64,000 nucleotides of DNA from Candidatus Bathyarchaeota archaeon (GTDB lineage Archaea > Thermoproteota > Bathyarchaeia > Bathyarchaeales > Bathycorpusculaceae): positions 192,001 through 256,000 of the forward strand of contig CAVYES010000007.1 of NCBI GenBank assembly GCA_963767735.1, given 5' to 3'. Numbering within the stretch: the first letter of the stretch is position 1; every line of letters starts with the position of its first letter. Below the pieces are notes generated by a model that was given only the letters and a program-made list of their open reading frames with translations, ran no database searches and was not told the origin of the DNA. Shown one piece after another: positions 48,974 to 58,873 of this stretch. A program made the translations under genes and the position numbers.

Positions 48974-51644
48974 TTAACGTGGCAGAGTCATGCACATGTT
49001 TATGGTGTATTCATCTATCGGTTTAGTTTCAAATCCTTTTTTGCAGCATAAATTAGTCATTTTTATGTTGGCGAGTGAAACGCAACTGTAAATAGTTTCT
49101 AATTTCAAGTCTTTAGCTATGTCAATAATGTAATCCATAAGTTTTGATCCTAATCCCAGCCCGTGCCACGAGTCGCTTACCATGATGGCAAATTCACCGT
49201 TTTTTCTTTCCGAATCAAGAATTAATCTTACTGCACCAATCATTCGCCGGTCATTTTGTAGCTTAGCGACGATGGCGATTTCTCGATCATAATCAAGGTT
49301 ACAGTACCGAGACAACGTGTCATGCGACATTTCTTTTATTATCTCAAAAAATCTGAACCTTACACTATCTTCAGACAAAGACTTAAACAGCTCATTAAAA
49401 CAGCGTTCATCCTCTGATTTGATTGGACGTAAAGCCACTTGAACACCATTTTTCAACGTTCGTTTGGTGACGTATTTTGTCGGATAAGGTGAAATCAACA
49501 AATGTTCATGATGATCAGCTGGCTCCCGCATAATTCTAGGCATATCGATAGTGATGTAGCCATCAACCACAAGAGGCCCACCGCTATTGACTATTAGAGG
49601 ATTTATGTCTATTTGTTTGATTTCGGGAAAATCAATAACAAGCTGGCAGAACTTTACCAGGATTTCTTCGATAATGCCTTTTTCGAAAGTGCCGGCACGT
49701 GAGGAACCATTGTTCCCGCTGAAATAACCTGCTTTTCTCTACTATTTGCCTGGCCAAAACCTGATTAAGCGGCGGAAAACCTACGCTTATGTCAAAGATT
49801 GTTTCAGGTGAATCTCCGCGGGTTCCAAAAATTATAGTTGAACCAAATTTATTGTTTTTCCTTAATCCCAAAAAAAGCTTGGTACAATTTTCTTGCATCT
49901 TTGGTTGAATAGCTATTCCTTGGAACTCGGCTAAGCTGCTGGAGTTAATTTTATCAACCATCTCCTTGAAAGCAATTGGCACATCGGAGGAAGAGTAAAC
50001 TTCACATGCGAACCCTTCACGCGTATTCTTAAACGTTGTTTGTGCATACAGCGCTTTCATAATAACTGGAAAGCCCAGTTCAGAGGCAAAAGCTAAGGCT
50101 TCATCAGTTGTCCTTGCGATGAGTGTTTTTATAGTGGGTATTTTGTAGGTTTCTAAGAAACAGAGAGACTCAGGTAGGCTAAGAATTTGCCTGCCCTCGC
50201 AAAACGCACGCCTTAAAGCTCCTTTAAGATGCGCTGAATCGCCTAAAACCATGGGTACCTCTTCTGGAGTTTGATACAGCAATTCCATGTTCCGAGTATA
50301 GGTATACATATTCATGAATGCTGCGACAGCTTCTTCGGGCGTTCTAAAAGCAGGTATGCCGCTGCGATTCAGCATTCTTCTGGCTTCTTGGCAATTGGTG
50401 TCTTCTCCCATTAACGCGACTAAAAGGGTTTTTCTTGTTTGATCAGCTAAATCAATTGCGGTTTGAGCTATGCTAGAAGGACTAGTGACTCCTTGAGGAG
50501 AATATATTACTAAAACGCTTCCGTCAGTTGGGTCTTCCAAGCAGACTTGCAGGGCACTTCTAAATCTTTCAGGCGTTGCTTCCTCAAGAATATCAACAGG
50601 GTTACAGGTACTGCAATAATGAGGCAAAATCCTTCGCAATGCACAATCCAAATCGTTACTCACTTGTGAAAGCCCGCCCCCTTTTAAGTGTAGTTGATCA
50701 GCAGCTAAAAGTCCAGGTCCACTAGCATTCGTAATTATCGTTAAGAAAGGACTACATGGATTTGGCTGCATCGACAAGGCTTTAGCACAATCAAAAAGTT
50801 CATTAATGGTATCTACGCGAACAATGCCAACGCGTCTAAACGCGGCATCATAAAGGTCGTCTTCGCTCAGTTGATTGATTTCCAAGAGAGGAAAATCAGG
50901 GCTTTTATTAAATCGACCTGCCTTGACGATGACAATGGGTTTGGTTCTGGCAAATCCTCTTGCCGCGCTCATGAAACTTCGAATATCCTTTATTTCCTCT
51001 ACATAGACCATGATAGCTCTTGTTTGAGGGTCTGCCCCAAAATACTCAATTAATTCACCTACGTTAACGTCAATCATGGTACCGATAGAGACAACTGCGC
51101 TGAGCCCAACTTTAGTTTCAGAAGACCAATCCAAAACCGATCCACAAAGCGCGCCACTTTGGGAGATAAAAGCAATTTTCCCAGGTATCGCTTTTTTGTC
51201 TCCAAAGGTCGCGTACAAGTTAGTTTTTGGTCTTATAACGCCTAAACTGTTTGGCCCTATTATCCGCACTCCATACGCGTTCTTGTATTCAAGAATCTGC
51301 CGTATAAGACTCCGACCAGTTTCATCATTTTCATTTAAACCAGCAGAAACAATAATTGCGCTTCGCACCCCAGATTTCCCGCACTCTTCAATAATCTGAG
51401 GAATCGTGTGTGCTGGAGTTGCAATGATTGCAAGATCGATCTTAGACGGAACCTTGTCAACGCTCGGGTAAGCAGCAACTCCTTGTACAGTTCGTTTAAA
51501 AGGGTTAACAGGAAAAATTAAACCTCGATATGACTCAATTAAGTTATGAAGTATTCTAGCGCCTAAGGAATCTTCGCCTTCACTGGCACCTATAACTGCG
51601 ATTGCTTTGGGATTAAAGAAGCAGCTAAGATTTTCCATTCCCAA
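48974..51644 (-). CDS. Pat/YfiQ-type protein (CoA-binding, ligase-like, degenerate ATP-grasp and GNAT domains), apparent +1 frameshift near 49716
   Basis: NPKAIAVIGAS, GPNSLG, SQSGAL, NPVD; the second frame gives VIDFPEIKQIDINPL and runs into the GNAT domain (RFRFF, LDYDREIA, HGLGLG). Confidence 0.88.
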
Positions 51645-51814
51645 TACTAATTCCTCGTAAACTACGTCTTTAAGGTGAGTAGACAGGGGCGATTTAGTTC
51701 GATATACTTGACGTTGTTTATTCTCCGAAGTACATCGAATTTCTTCCTTATCGATGGTTGCTCATCGTGATTTTTTGCTGACTCGATGTTTGGCTGCTGT
51801 AGGTTTCATTTGGT

Positions 51815-53126
51815 CTAAGTTAAGTTGACTTTTACTACGTGTGTGGAGCACGAAATGCATGGGTCATAAGCTCTTACTAACATTTCCAGCGTTAATTCGA
51901 TTTCTTTTTGAGGTTTATCGATAATCTGCGGGAGAATAGCTTTCATGTCTAACTGAATGTTTCCGTGGTTTTGGTTGGTTGGGATTATGCAGTTGGCTTT
52001 TGTGCATATTCCTTTTTCGTTGTAGGTGTAATCATGGAATAAGTATGCCTCTGGGCACCTCTACTGCACCAACGCCGTTGCCGGCCTTCACTTTGATTTC
52101 GGGTTTATTGTAGTCTGGTTGAGATTGTAGACCTGCTGCTTCAAGTTCGTTTATTAGGCGTATCGTATCTTCTACGCTGTGGACTACTTCGACGAGTTGA
52201 GCAATACTGTTCATGAAGGGATTATAGCACATTGGCAAAAGATTGAACTTCTTAGCTGTTTCTTGAGCCATCGGAGATAATCTCTTGTAATTGTTGTTAA
52301 CCCTAGCTAAGGCACCAACCATATACGATTCACGATTATGCTTTGCCCATTTAGCTGTAGATTGCGGAATAATGTACTCATTTGTGAATGAGAGATATTC
52401 TTTTACCGGTGCAGCGCCAGTGTCTGATGAAACCAGTTTTCCGTCATAGAGCGCGTATTCACTTGGGTCAGTTAAAGAAATATATTCGGTTTCTCTTTTA
52501 AAGTCAGGTAACTTGCCAGCTAAGCTCTTATATAATTCAGCCACGGCTACAATGCTTGGAATAGAATCTTGCAGTTTCTTTCTGACCGACGCCAATTCTT
52601 TCATCGACGGGATTTTGGAGAAACCGCCCGGTATCAATCTTTGCGGATGCGTTGTTCTTCCACAGAGCAAGTTTGACATCTCATTTGCGGTTCTGTGAAG
52701 TTGAAGAACTATCTTAACCTCTGGAAGATTTGTAGACGCGAGAGGAATTACTGAACCTACACCCATCAAGTCAGGCAGAACGAGAAAGCCTAAATGTAAA
52801 ATGTGACTCTGCAGATTTTCCGCGTGTAATGCTAGCCTTCTAAGTTTTAGGTCTTGGTCACTTACAGTTATGCCCATGGCTGATTCTGTAGCTTTCAATG
52901 AAGCAAGCGTATGGCCAATTGAGCATATGCCGCATATGCGAGAGGTGATATGGTGTAGTTCATTCCAGGATCTTCCTACAACCATGGCTTCAAAGAACCT
53001 TGGCGCTTCCGGAATATTCCATTCACATTTTTCTATAAGTCCATTTCTAATATTCACATTGATGTTTCCGTGTCCTTCAACTCTTGTTACGTGATGGACA
53101 TCAACATCAACATTTGTTCCTTTCAT
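51815..53126 (-). CDS. [NiFe]-hydrogenase large subunit (group 3b-like), apparent +1 frameshift near 52040
   Basis: TRVEGHG, RICGIC, EVPRG; the other frame gives HDY...PTNQN...RAYDPCISCSTH plus a C-terminal extension. Confidence 0.92.
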
Positions 53127-53860
53127 CTTTTTGCCTCCTGCCAACCAAAATACAATTTAAACTTACTAATTGCATCATCAACTGTGAGACCATATTTTAT
53201 CAAAACTTCCTTGTGGGAATTCTCATTTGGATTGTCCACAAGACCTCGACACCCCCAACATATTGTTCCCTCATTTACACAGCACGAGTTGCAGCCAGCT
53301 CTAGTTACTGTTCCGACACAAAATTGACCGCGCTCGAAGGCGCATACGTTCTCGTTTTTCTTGCATTCAACGCAAACCGGGTAAGTTGTAATTTCCGGCT
53401 TCTTTCCCAGCAAGAGTGATTTGACAACGTGTAAGAAGTCTTCTTTGTCTATCGGACATCCATGAACGTAGGCATCAACGGGAATTACCGCATCTATCGG
53501 TCTTGCAGCGTAACTATCAAAGAGCTTCGCATTTTCGCCATACACAATTTTTTTGACGCTATCCAAATCTTTGTAGTTTTTAAGAGAGTTGATTCCGCCA
53601 ATTGTCGCGCATGATCCTATAGCAACAACGATTTTAGCGTTTTTTCTGATTGCTCTTAGTCGATCTTCGTCTTGTAACCTAGTGCAGGAGCCTTCAACAA
53701 AAGCTATGTCATAATTGTCGCTATGTTCTTTCATAACTTCTCTAAAGCTGACAACTTCAACTTGACCAAGAAGAGCTAAAATGTCTTCTTCGAGATTAGC
53801 TACTTGTAATTGGTCTCCTTCACAGCCTGCAAAATCAAAGAAAGCAACTTTAGGTTTCAT
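53123..53860 (-). CDS. [NiFe]-hydrogenase small (delta) subunit
   Basis: CEGD, VEGS, GSCA, GCP, CVEC, C.G..T.AGC, CWGCRG. Confidence 0.92.
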   Translation of the reverse strand: MKPKVAFFDFAGCEGDQLQVANLEEDILALLGQVEVVSFREVMKEHSDNYDIAFVEGSCTRLQDEDRLRAIRKNAKIVVAIGSCATIGGINSLKNYKDLDSVKKIVYGENAKLFDSYAARPIDAVIPVDAYVHGCPIDKEDFLHVVKSLLLGKKPEITTYPVCVECKKNENVCAFERGQFCVGTVTRAGCNSCCVNEGTICWGCRGLVDNPNENSHKEVLIKYGLTVDDAISKFKLYFGWQEAKR

Positions 53861-53861
53861 T

Positions 53862-55787
53862 TTATAGAGCCTCCGGAACACCTTTTATTTTTGAATAATT
53901 AAAAACAGGACCGTCTTTACAGACGTAGATATGATTAATTTGGCAGTGACCGCACTTTCCGACACCGCATTTCATTCGTCTTTCAAGTGACATGATTATG
54001 TGATCATCGGGGACATTTCGTTTTTTCAGATCTGCAATCACAAATTTGTACATGACTGGAGGACCGCATAGTATCGATAGCGTCTTCTCTGGATCAAAAG
54101 AGACTTGAGGAATAAGCGTTGTGATTACACCTATGTTGCCGCTCCAAACTTCATTTTCAGGACACCAGTTTACTGTTGGTTTGAACTCAACATTTTCTTT
54201 GGACTCAATTGATGCCATTTCATCGCTAAAAAGCAGTTCCTTTGGCTCTTTACACCCGTAAAGCAGATAGACGCGACCATAGTCTTGCCTGTTGCCTCCG
54301 TCAAGAACATAATTGATCAGGGATCTGAGGGGTGCTATACCAAGACCACCCGCTACGAATAATAGGTCTTTGCCCTTTAGAGAGTCAACATCAAATCCGT
54401 TACCAAATGGACCTCTGATTCCTATTTTATCACCAATATTAAGCTGGTGCAATTTTGTGGTGACATTTCCTAACTTGCGTACGCAAACTTCGAATGTTTC
54501 TTTTTTTGTCGGTGAAGAGGATAAGGATATTGGCGCCTCGCCTATTCCAAAAACGGAGACTTCGACAAATTGGCCTGGTTTGTGATTAAGTTCTGATCCG
54601 TCGTCTAGTTTGATTTCAAACAGTGTTTCCATCGAAGTCATCGGCACTTTCTTGATTATGGTCGCTAACTTTGGTACGAAATTTATGTCTTCTTCCGTTT
54701 GAATGTTAACGTTTGGTTGAGCAGCAAAAGTTGCTATTTGCTCTCCACTGCTTTTGCTTTCTTGATACATGTCATTGAAGAGGTTAACTGGATTCGCTAT
54801 ATCTGGGAGGCAGTTTGAAGAACATCGTCCACAGCCAACGCAAGAAATAAAACCGAAACGATCAAACAAGTACTTTCCTTTTTTGAAATACCGATGGCGG
54901 TACCGTGTAGGTCTTGTAGCACGGAAATTTTCGCCTGACGCAATTTTCGCAAAATCTTCCAGTAAACAGCCATCCCACGTTCTGAATTTCTCACCATGCT
55001 CTAAGGAAAGATCAGGGTTATCTTTAACATCAAAACAATAACATGTTGGACACACTAGAACGCATGAACCACAAGCTAAACATTTTTCAGAATGCTTTTC
55101 CCAAAAGCCACTTTTCCCATAACTGTCCTTTAGTAATTCAGGAATGAGTTCAGGCGGAAAATCAAAATTTTGCTGAGACATACCCATAACTTCTCTTTTT
55201 TTCTGCCCAGCAATTTGCATGTCACGCGCCAATGCGGGTGTTACGTTTTTTGCGTATTTGGATAATAATTCTTCTCCTTTTTGAGAGCCAACGTTTATTG
55301 CATATCTATTACCCAAGTCTGTAAGCATAAGATCATAGCCATAATCTATGGCAGCGGAACCCATGAAAGAAGAAAAATTCCATTTCGACATTTTTTGAAT
55401 GTTAATGCCTATTATTATTGCTGCGTCTCGTTTCTTAAAATATTGGGAATCAGACTTTGTTTCCCTAAATATTTCATCCATGTGAAGTAGGGCTACGATG
55501 TCGTAGGGGTGAACTCCCACAAGTACCATTGGCTTGGTTTCTTCTGGATTTTTAGCGGAAAATCCATCTGACAAGTCATAGGTGAATAAGGTTTCGCGTT
55601 GAGGAAAGAAATATTTTTTCGGAGGGAGCAATGTTACGTCATAGTCAAGACGTAATTCTTCGGCGGATTCGAGAGGCGCAAAAGCAAATTTGTTCCCTCT
55701 TGATTTAACGCCAATAACGTTAAAGGATTCATCTTTTATTAAAGCATCTATAAAATTCTGGAAATCTCCTTTAGATATAATTTTCAT
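53862..55787 (-). CDS. Fused sulfhydrogenase beta (Fe-S) and gamma (FAD/NAD(P)-binding) subunits
   Basis: PPKKYFFP, CLACGSC...CPTCYCF, CVGCGRC, then PGQF, GPFGNGF, GGLGIAPLR, CGPP, ERRMKCGVGKCGHC, CKDGPVF in one frame. Confidence 0.9.
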   Translation of the reverse strand: MKIISKGDFQNFIDALIKDESFNVIGVKSRGNKFAFAPLESAEELRLDYDVTLLPPKKYFFPQRETLFTYDLSDGFSAKNPEETKPMVLVGVHPYDIVALLHMDEIFRETKSDSQYFKKRDAAIIIGINIQKMSKWNFSSFMGSAAIDYGYDLMLTDLGNRYAINVGSQKGEELLSKYAKNVTPALARDMQIAGQKKREVMGMSQQNFDFPPELIPELLKDSYGKSGFWEKHSEKCLACGSCVLVCPTCYCFDVKDNPDLSLEHGEKFRTWDGCLLEDFAKIASGENFRATRPTRYRHRYFKKGKYLFDRFGFISCVGCGRCSSNCLPDIANPVNLFNDMYQESKSSGEQIATFAAQPNVNIQTEEDINFVPKLATIIKKVPMTSMETLFEIKLDDGSELNHKPGQFVEVSVFGIGEAPISLSSSPTKKETFEVCVRKLGNVTTKLHQLNIGDKIGIRGPFGNGFDVDSLKGKDLLFVAGGLGIAPLRSLINYVLDGGNRQDYGRVYLLYGCKEPKELLFSDEMASIESKENVEFKPTVNWCPENEVWSGNIGVITTLIPQVSFDPEKTLSILCGPPVMYKFVIADLKKRNVPDDHIIMSLERRMKCGVGKCGHCQINHIYVCKDGPVFNYSKIKGVPEAL

Positions 55788-56046
55788 GTTTGAGGAACCC
55801 CGAAGAGATTTTGTTAGCATAACTGATGGGGATACATTTAACCTTTATGGAATAAATTCTCAAAATTAACATTTCTTCACTGTACATACTGTATATATTC
55901 ACATATAAGGCATTTTGACTATTTTACTTGACACAGCGCTAGCTTGATACATTTAACAGCCATAATAAAACCGTTTTATCAGGCTCTTCGTTAGCAAAGC
56001 TATCCATTTTCATTTCTTAAAGCGTTAAGGTCTAACATAACTTCCT

Positions 56047-57030
56047 TTATTGTTCCGTCATCTTTCTTCTGAGGATTGATGACGGTAACGAGTACATATA
56101 GAAAGTTCCGATTGGATCTTTGATTTGGCTTATTAGATTCTCAACGTCTTCCTCAGTTTGATGCTCCTGTTCTTCTTCCAACCCGAGAATAGAGGCTAAC
56201 GCGCTAAGCATAGCTGCGCCCTGTTCTATCGAGTTCGGACAAGGCCCGCCGCATCCTGTGCAGGGCATGTCAACGGTCAAGCACTTAGCTTCGCATCCGC
56301 CGCGAGTTGCTGGTCCCATGCATATTATTCCCTGTTCAAGCAAGCACTTTTCCGGTTCAGGAGTCTTCTCATAAACGCGGTATATCTTTGAGATTCTTTT
56401 GTCTTCCTTTTTTCTTTGGCATTCGTCACACACAGACTTCAATGGTGCAAGCACCGAACCCTTTGGAGGCAGTGCATTTTTCGCTATGGCTTCAACGGCG
56501 TTCGCTATTAGTTTAACTGGAGGCGGACAGCCGGGAAGGTAGTAGTCCACCTCAACAGTCTGATCTAAAGTCTTCACAGTGTCGTAGAATTCTGGAAGCT
56601 TCAAGACGCCTTCTTTCACTTCAGTCTTGGTTTTTGGAAGCACTCTGTTTGGATTGGAGGTGGATTTGGTTTCCAAGTAGACCTTGTTGAAAATCTCTTT
56701 GCGATCATGGAGGTTTGCCAGTCCTGGTATGCACCCCTCTTGAGCGCAGGAGCCGAATGCTACAAGCGTCTTGGACTTTCGTCTCAGGAGTTTAGCCATG
56801 TGTTCTTGTTCTTCGCTTCTGACTGAACCGTTGAAGAAGCATATGTCTATGTATTTATCAGGCATGGCTTCGACGTCTTTGTACTTGACGTCCATGGCTA
56901 CAGGCCAGAACACTATGTCCGCTATTTGCACCACATCTAATATTTTCTCGTTTAAGTCCAACACTGCTATTTCGCAGCCGCCGCAACTTGCAGCCCAGTA
57001 GAAGCCCAGTTTCAATTTCTCTTTAGCCAT
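56047..57030 (-). CDS. mvhG: F420-non-reducing hydrogenase small subunit
   Basis: CGGCE, GSCA, PGCPP, VCDEC, CLLEQG..CMGPAT..GC, PCTGC.GP. Confidence 0.88.
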   Translation of the reverse strand: MAKEKLKLGFYWAASCGGCEIAVLDLNEKILDVVQIADIVFWPVAMDVKYKDVEAMPDKYIDICFFNGSVRSEEQEHMAKLLRRKSKTLVAFGSCAQEGCIPGLANLHDRKEIFNKVYLETKSTSNPNRVLPKTKTEVKEGVLKLPEFYDTVKTLDQTVEVDYYLPGCPPPVKLIANAVEAIAKNALPPKGSVLAPLKSVCDECQRKKEDKRISKIYRVYEKTPEPEKCLLEQGIICMGPATRGGCEAKCLTVDMPCTGCGGPCPNSIEQGAAMLSALASILGLEEEQEHQTEEDVENLISQIKDPIGTFYMYSLPSSILRRKMTEQ

Positions 57031-57043
57031 CTGTTTTTCCGCC

Positions 57044-57934
57044 TTAGCACACTTGCCTTAATATTTTTGAACAGTCAACTCGCAATTCATTGAAAGCTAA
57101 TTCATTAGGTGACATTCCCATTGCTAGGCCCAGCAATTGAGGATAATGCAGAATTGGAATACCGTAGACTTCATTGAACATCTTTTCAATACGCTGCTGA
57201 TTCGTGTCGTACATGATGTGACAGAACGGGCAGATCGTTATCATGGCTTGTGCATCTACTGCTTTGATGTGGGTCAACTTGTCCCTTGCCAACTGCAGGG
57301 CAACCTTGTCGCTCACTCCTACACTCGGGGCGCCACAGCATTCAGTTTCATCCATGTAATCCAGGCATGTGGCACCAGTCGCTTCGATCAGCTTTTTGAG
57401 TCCTGTGGGGTTTTCAGGGTCCTCGAACCCTACAATGTCTTTCGGCCTCAAAATGTGACAGCCGTTGTGCTCCGCAACCTTGACGTTCGATAGAGGTTTG
57501 ATCACTGAGCGTTTTATTTTTTCCAGGCCGATATCCTCGATCAGCACTTGCATCAGATGCTTCGAGTTCACCGTCCCCTTGAACTCTAAATTTGCCTCCT
57601 TCAAATTACTGTTTATTTCGTCACGCAGAGACTTATCCTGCTTCAGCATACTTTTGACCTTTCTCAAGGTTCCTGCGCAGCCTGGGCACAGTGTCAAAAT
57701 ATCCAAACCTTGCTGCTCTGCCAAAGACAAATTGCGTGCTGACAAGATGAGCATTGTTTCATGGCTGACGGGGTCTAATGGAAGCCCGCAGCAATTGAAC
57801 TCGGGCATTTCAACCAGTTCAACGCCAAGTTTAGCGAGCACTTTGCGTGCGGAAATCTCGTAAGCTGAAACGCGGTACGGGATAGCGCATCCAAGAAACA
57901 GGAGATACCTATGTTCGCCCATCTTACTCACCAT
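57044..57934 (-). CDS. hdrB: Heterodisulfide reductase subunit B
   Basis: Two CCG domains, CPGC, HNGCH, CPFC. Confidence 0.93.
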   Translation of the reverse strand: MVSKMGEHRYLLFLGCAIPYRVSAYEISARKVLAKLGVELVEMPEFNCCGLPLDPVSHETMLILSARNLSLAEQQGLDILTLCPGCAGTLRKVKSMLKQDKSLRDEINSNLKEANLEFKGTVNSKHLMQVLIEDIGLEKIKRSVIKPLSNVKVAEHNGCHILRPKDIVGFEDPENPTGLKKLIEATGATCLDYMDETECCGAPSVGVSDKVALQLARDKLTHIKAVDAQAMITICPFCHIMYDTNQQRIEKMFNEVYGIPILHYPQLLGLAMGMSPNELAFNELRVDCSKILRQVC

Positions 57935-58439
57935 TCTTCTCGACGTGTTTCAGAAGGTGCACCCTTTGCAGAGTCTTCTTGATGCTTTCAGGATTGCTTT
58001 TAGGCAAAGGGGGAAGCCCCAGAATCTCGCGTTTCTTCAGCCTCAACTCCGGAATTTTGTATGCATAACCAGATTCCAGAATGCTTGCGCATTGGTCCTT
58101 GAATACCTGAGGCATGCAACCCTCTTGAGCCGCAAGATTTCTCAAGACACGAATGACACTTGCTACTTCAACGTCCTGAGGGCATCGGTCTGAGCACGTG
58201 AAGCATGCCGCGCAGAGCCATAAGGTGTCACTATGCAATACTCTTTCTCTTAGGCCAAGCTGGGTCATTCGAATTATCTGTCTGGGTCTGTAAGTGTCGC
58301 TGAACCTCGCGATGGGGCAATCTGACGTGCATGTTCCACATTGGAAACAGCGCATCAGCTTTTCACCACCCTGTATCTTTGAGATTTCATGTTTGAATTT
58401 AGGGTCAATTTCCGACTGTTTTATCGTTTCTGTTGTCAA
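57924..58439 (-). CDS. hdrC: Heterodisulfide reductase subunit C
   Basis: [12 protein letters not shown] and [12 protein letters not shown]. Confidence 0.93.
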   Translation of the reverse strand: MTTETIKQSEIDPKFKHEISKIQGGEKLMRCFQCGTCTSDCPIARFSDTYRPRQIIRMTQLGLRERVLHSDTLWLCAACFTCSDRCPQDVEVASVIRVLRNLAAQEGCMPQVFKDQCASILESGYAYKIPELRLKKREILGLPPLPKSNPESIKKTLQRVHLLKHVEKNGE

Positions 58440-58873
58440 GTTTTTACCTCCTTAATCGTTAACGGGCTTGGTCCCAATTCCTTGATCTCTCTCACCATGT
58501 CACGGACTACGGCTGCGAATTTGTCTCCTTCGCTTGCGGAGATCCACTCCAACCTGACGCGTTTATTCTCAATACCGAACTCTTGTAGGACCTTTTTCAG
58601 AAGGGTTATCCTTCTTTTAGCTTTGAAATTTCCGTTGATGTAGTGGCAGTCTGAGGGCAAATGGCAACCTGCAATGAGCACGCCGTCGGCACCATCTTTG
58701 AAAGCTTTTAGGACAAAGGCTGGGTCAATTCTGCCACTGCACATTACTCGAACAATTACAATGTTCGGCGGATACTGGATCCTACTCACACCGGCTAGGT
58801 CCGCGCCTGCATAGCTACACCAGTTGCAGAGAAAACCGATTATCTTGGGTTCAAAACCGTCGGAGGCAGTCAT
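58436..58873 (-). CDS. mvhD: Hydrogenase iron-sulfur subunit MvhD
   Basis: [32 protein letters not shown]. Confidence 0.93.
   Translation of the reverse strand: MTASDGFEPKIIGFLCNWCSYAGADLAGVSRIQYPPNIVIVRVMCSGRIDPAFVLKAFKDGADGVLIAGCHLPSDCHYINGNFKAKRRITLLKKVLQEFGIENKRVRLEWISASEGDKFAAVVRDMVREIKELGPSPLTIKEVKT

Noticed and set aside
52032-52034. TGA in the hydrogenase large subunit as possible selenocysteine
   Set aside because: The protein continues in a different frame, not by read-through; the metal ligands are ordinary Cys (DPCISC)
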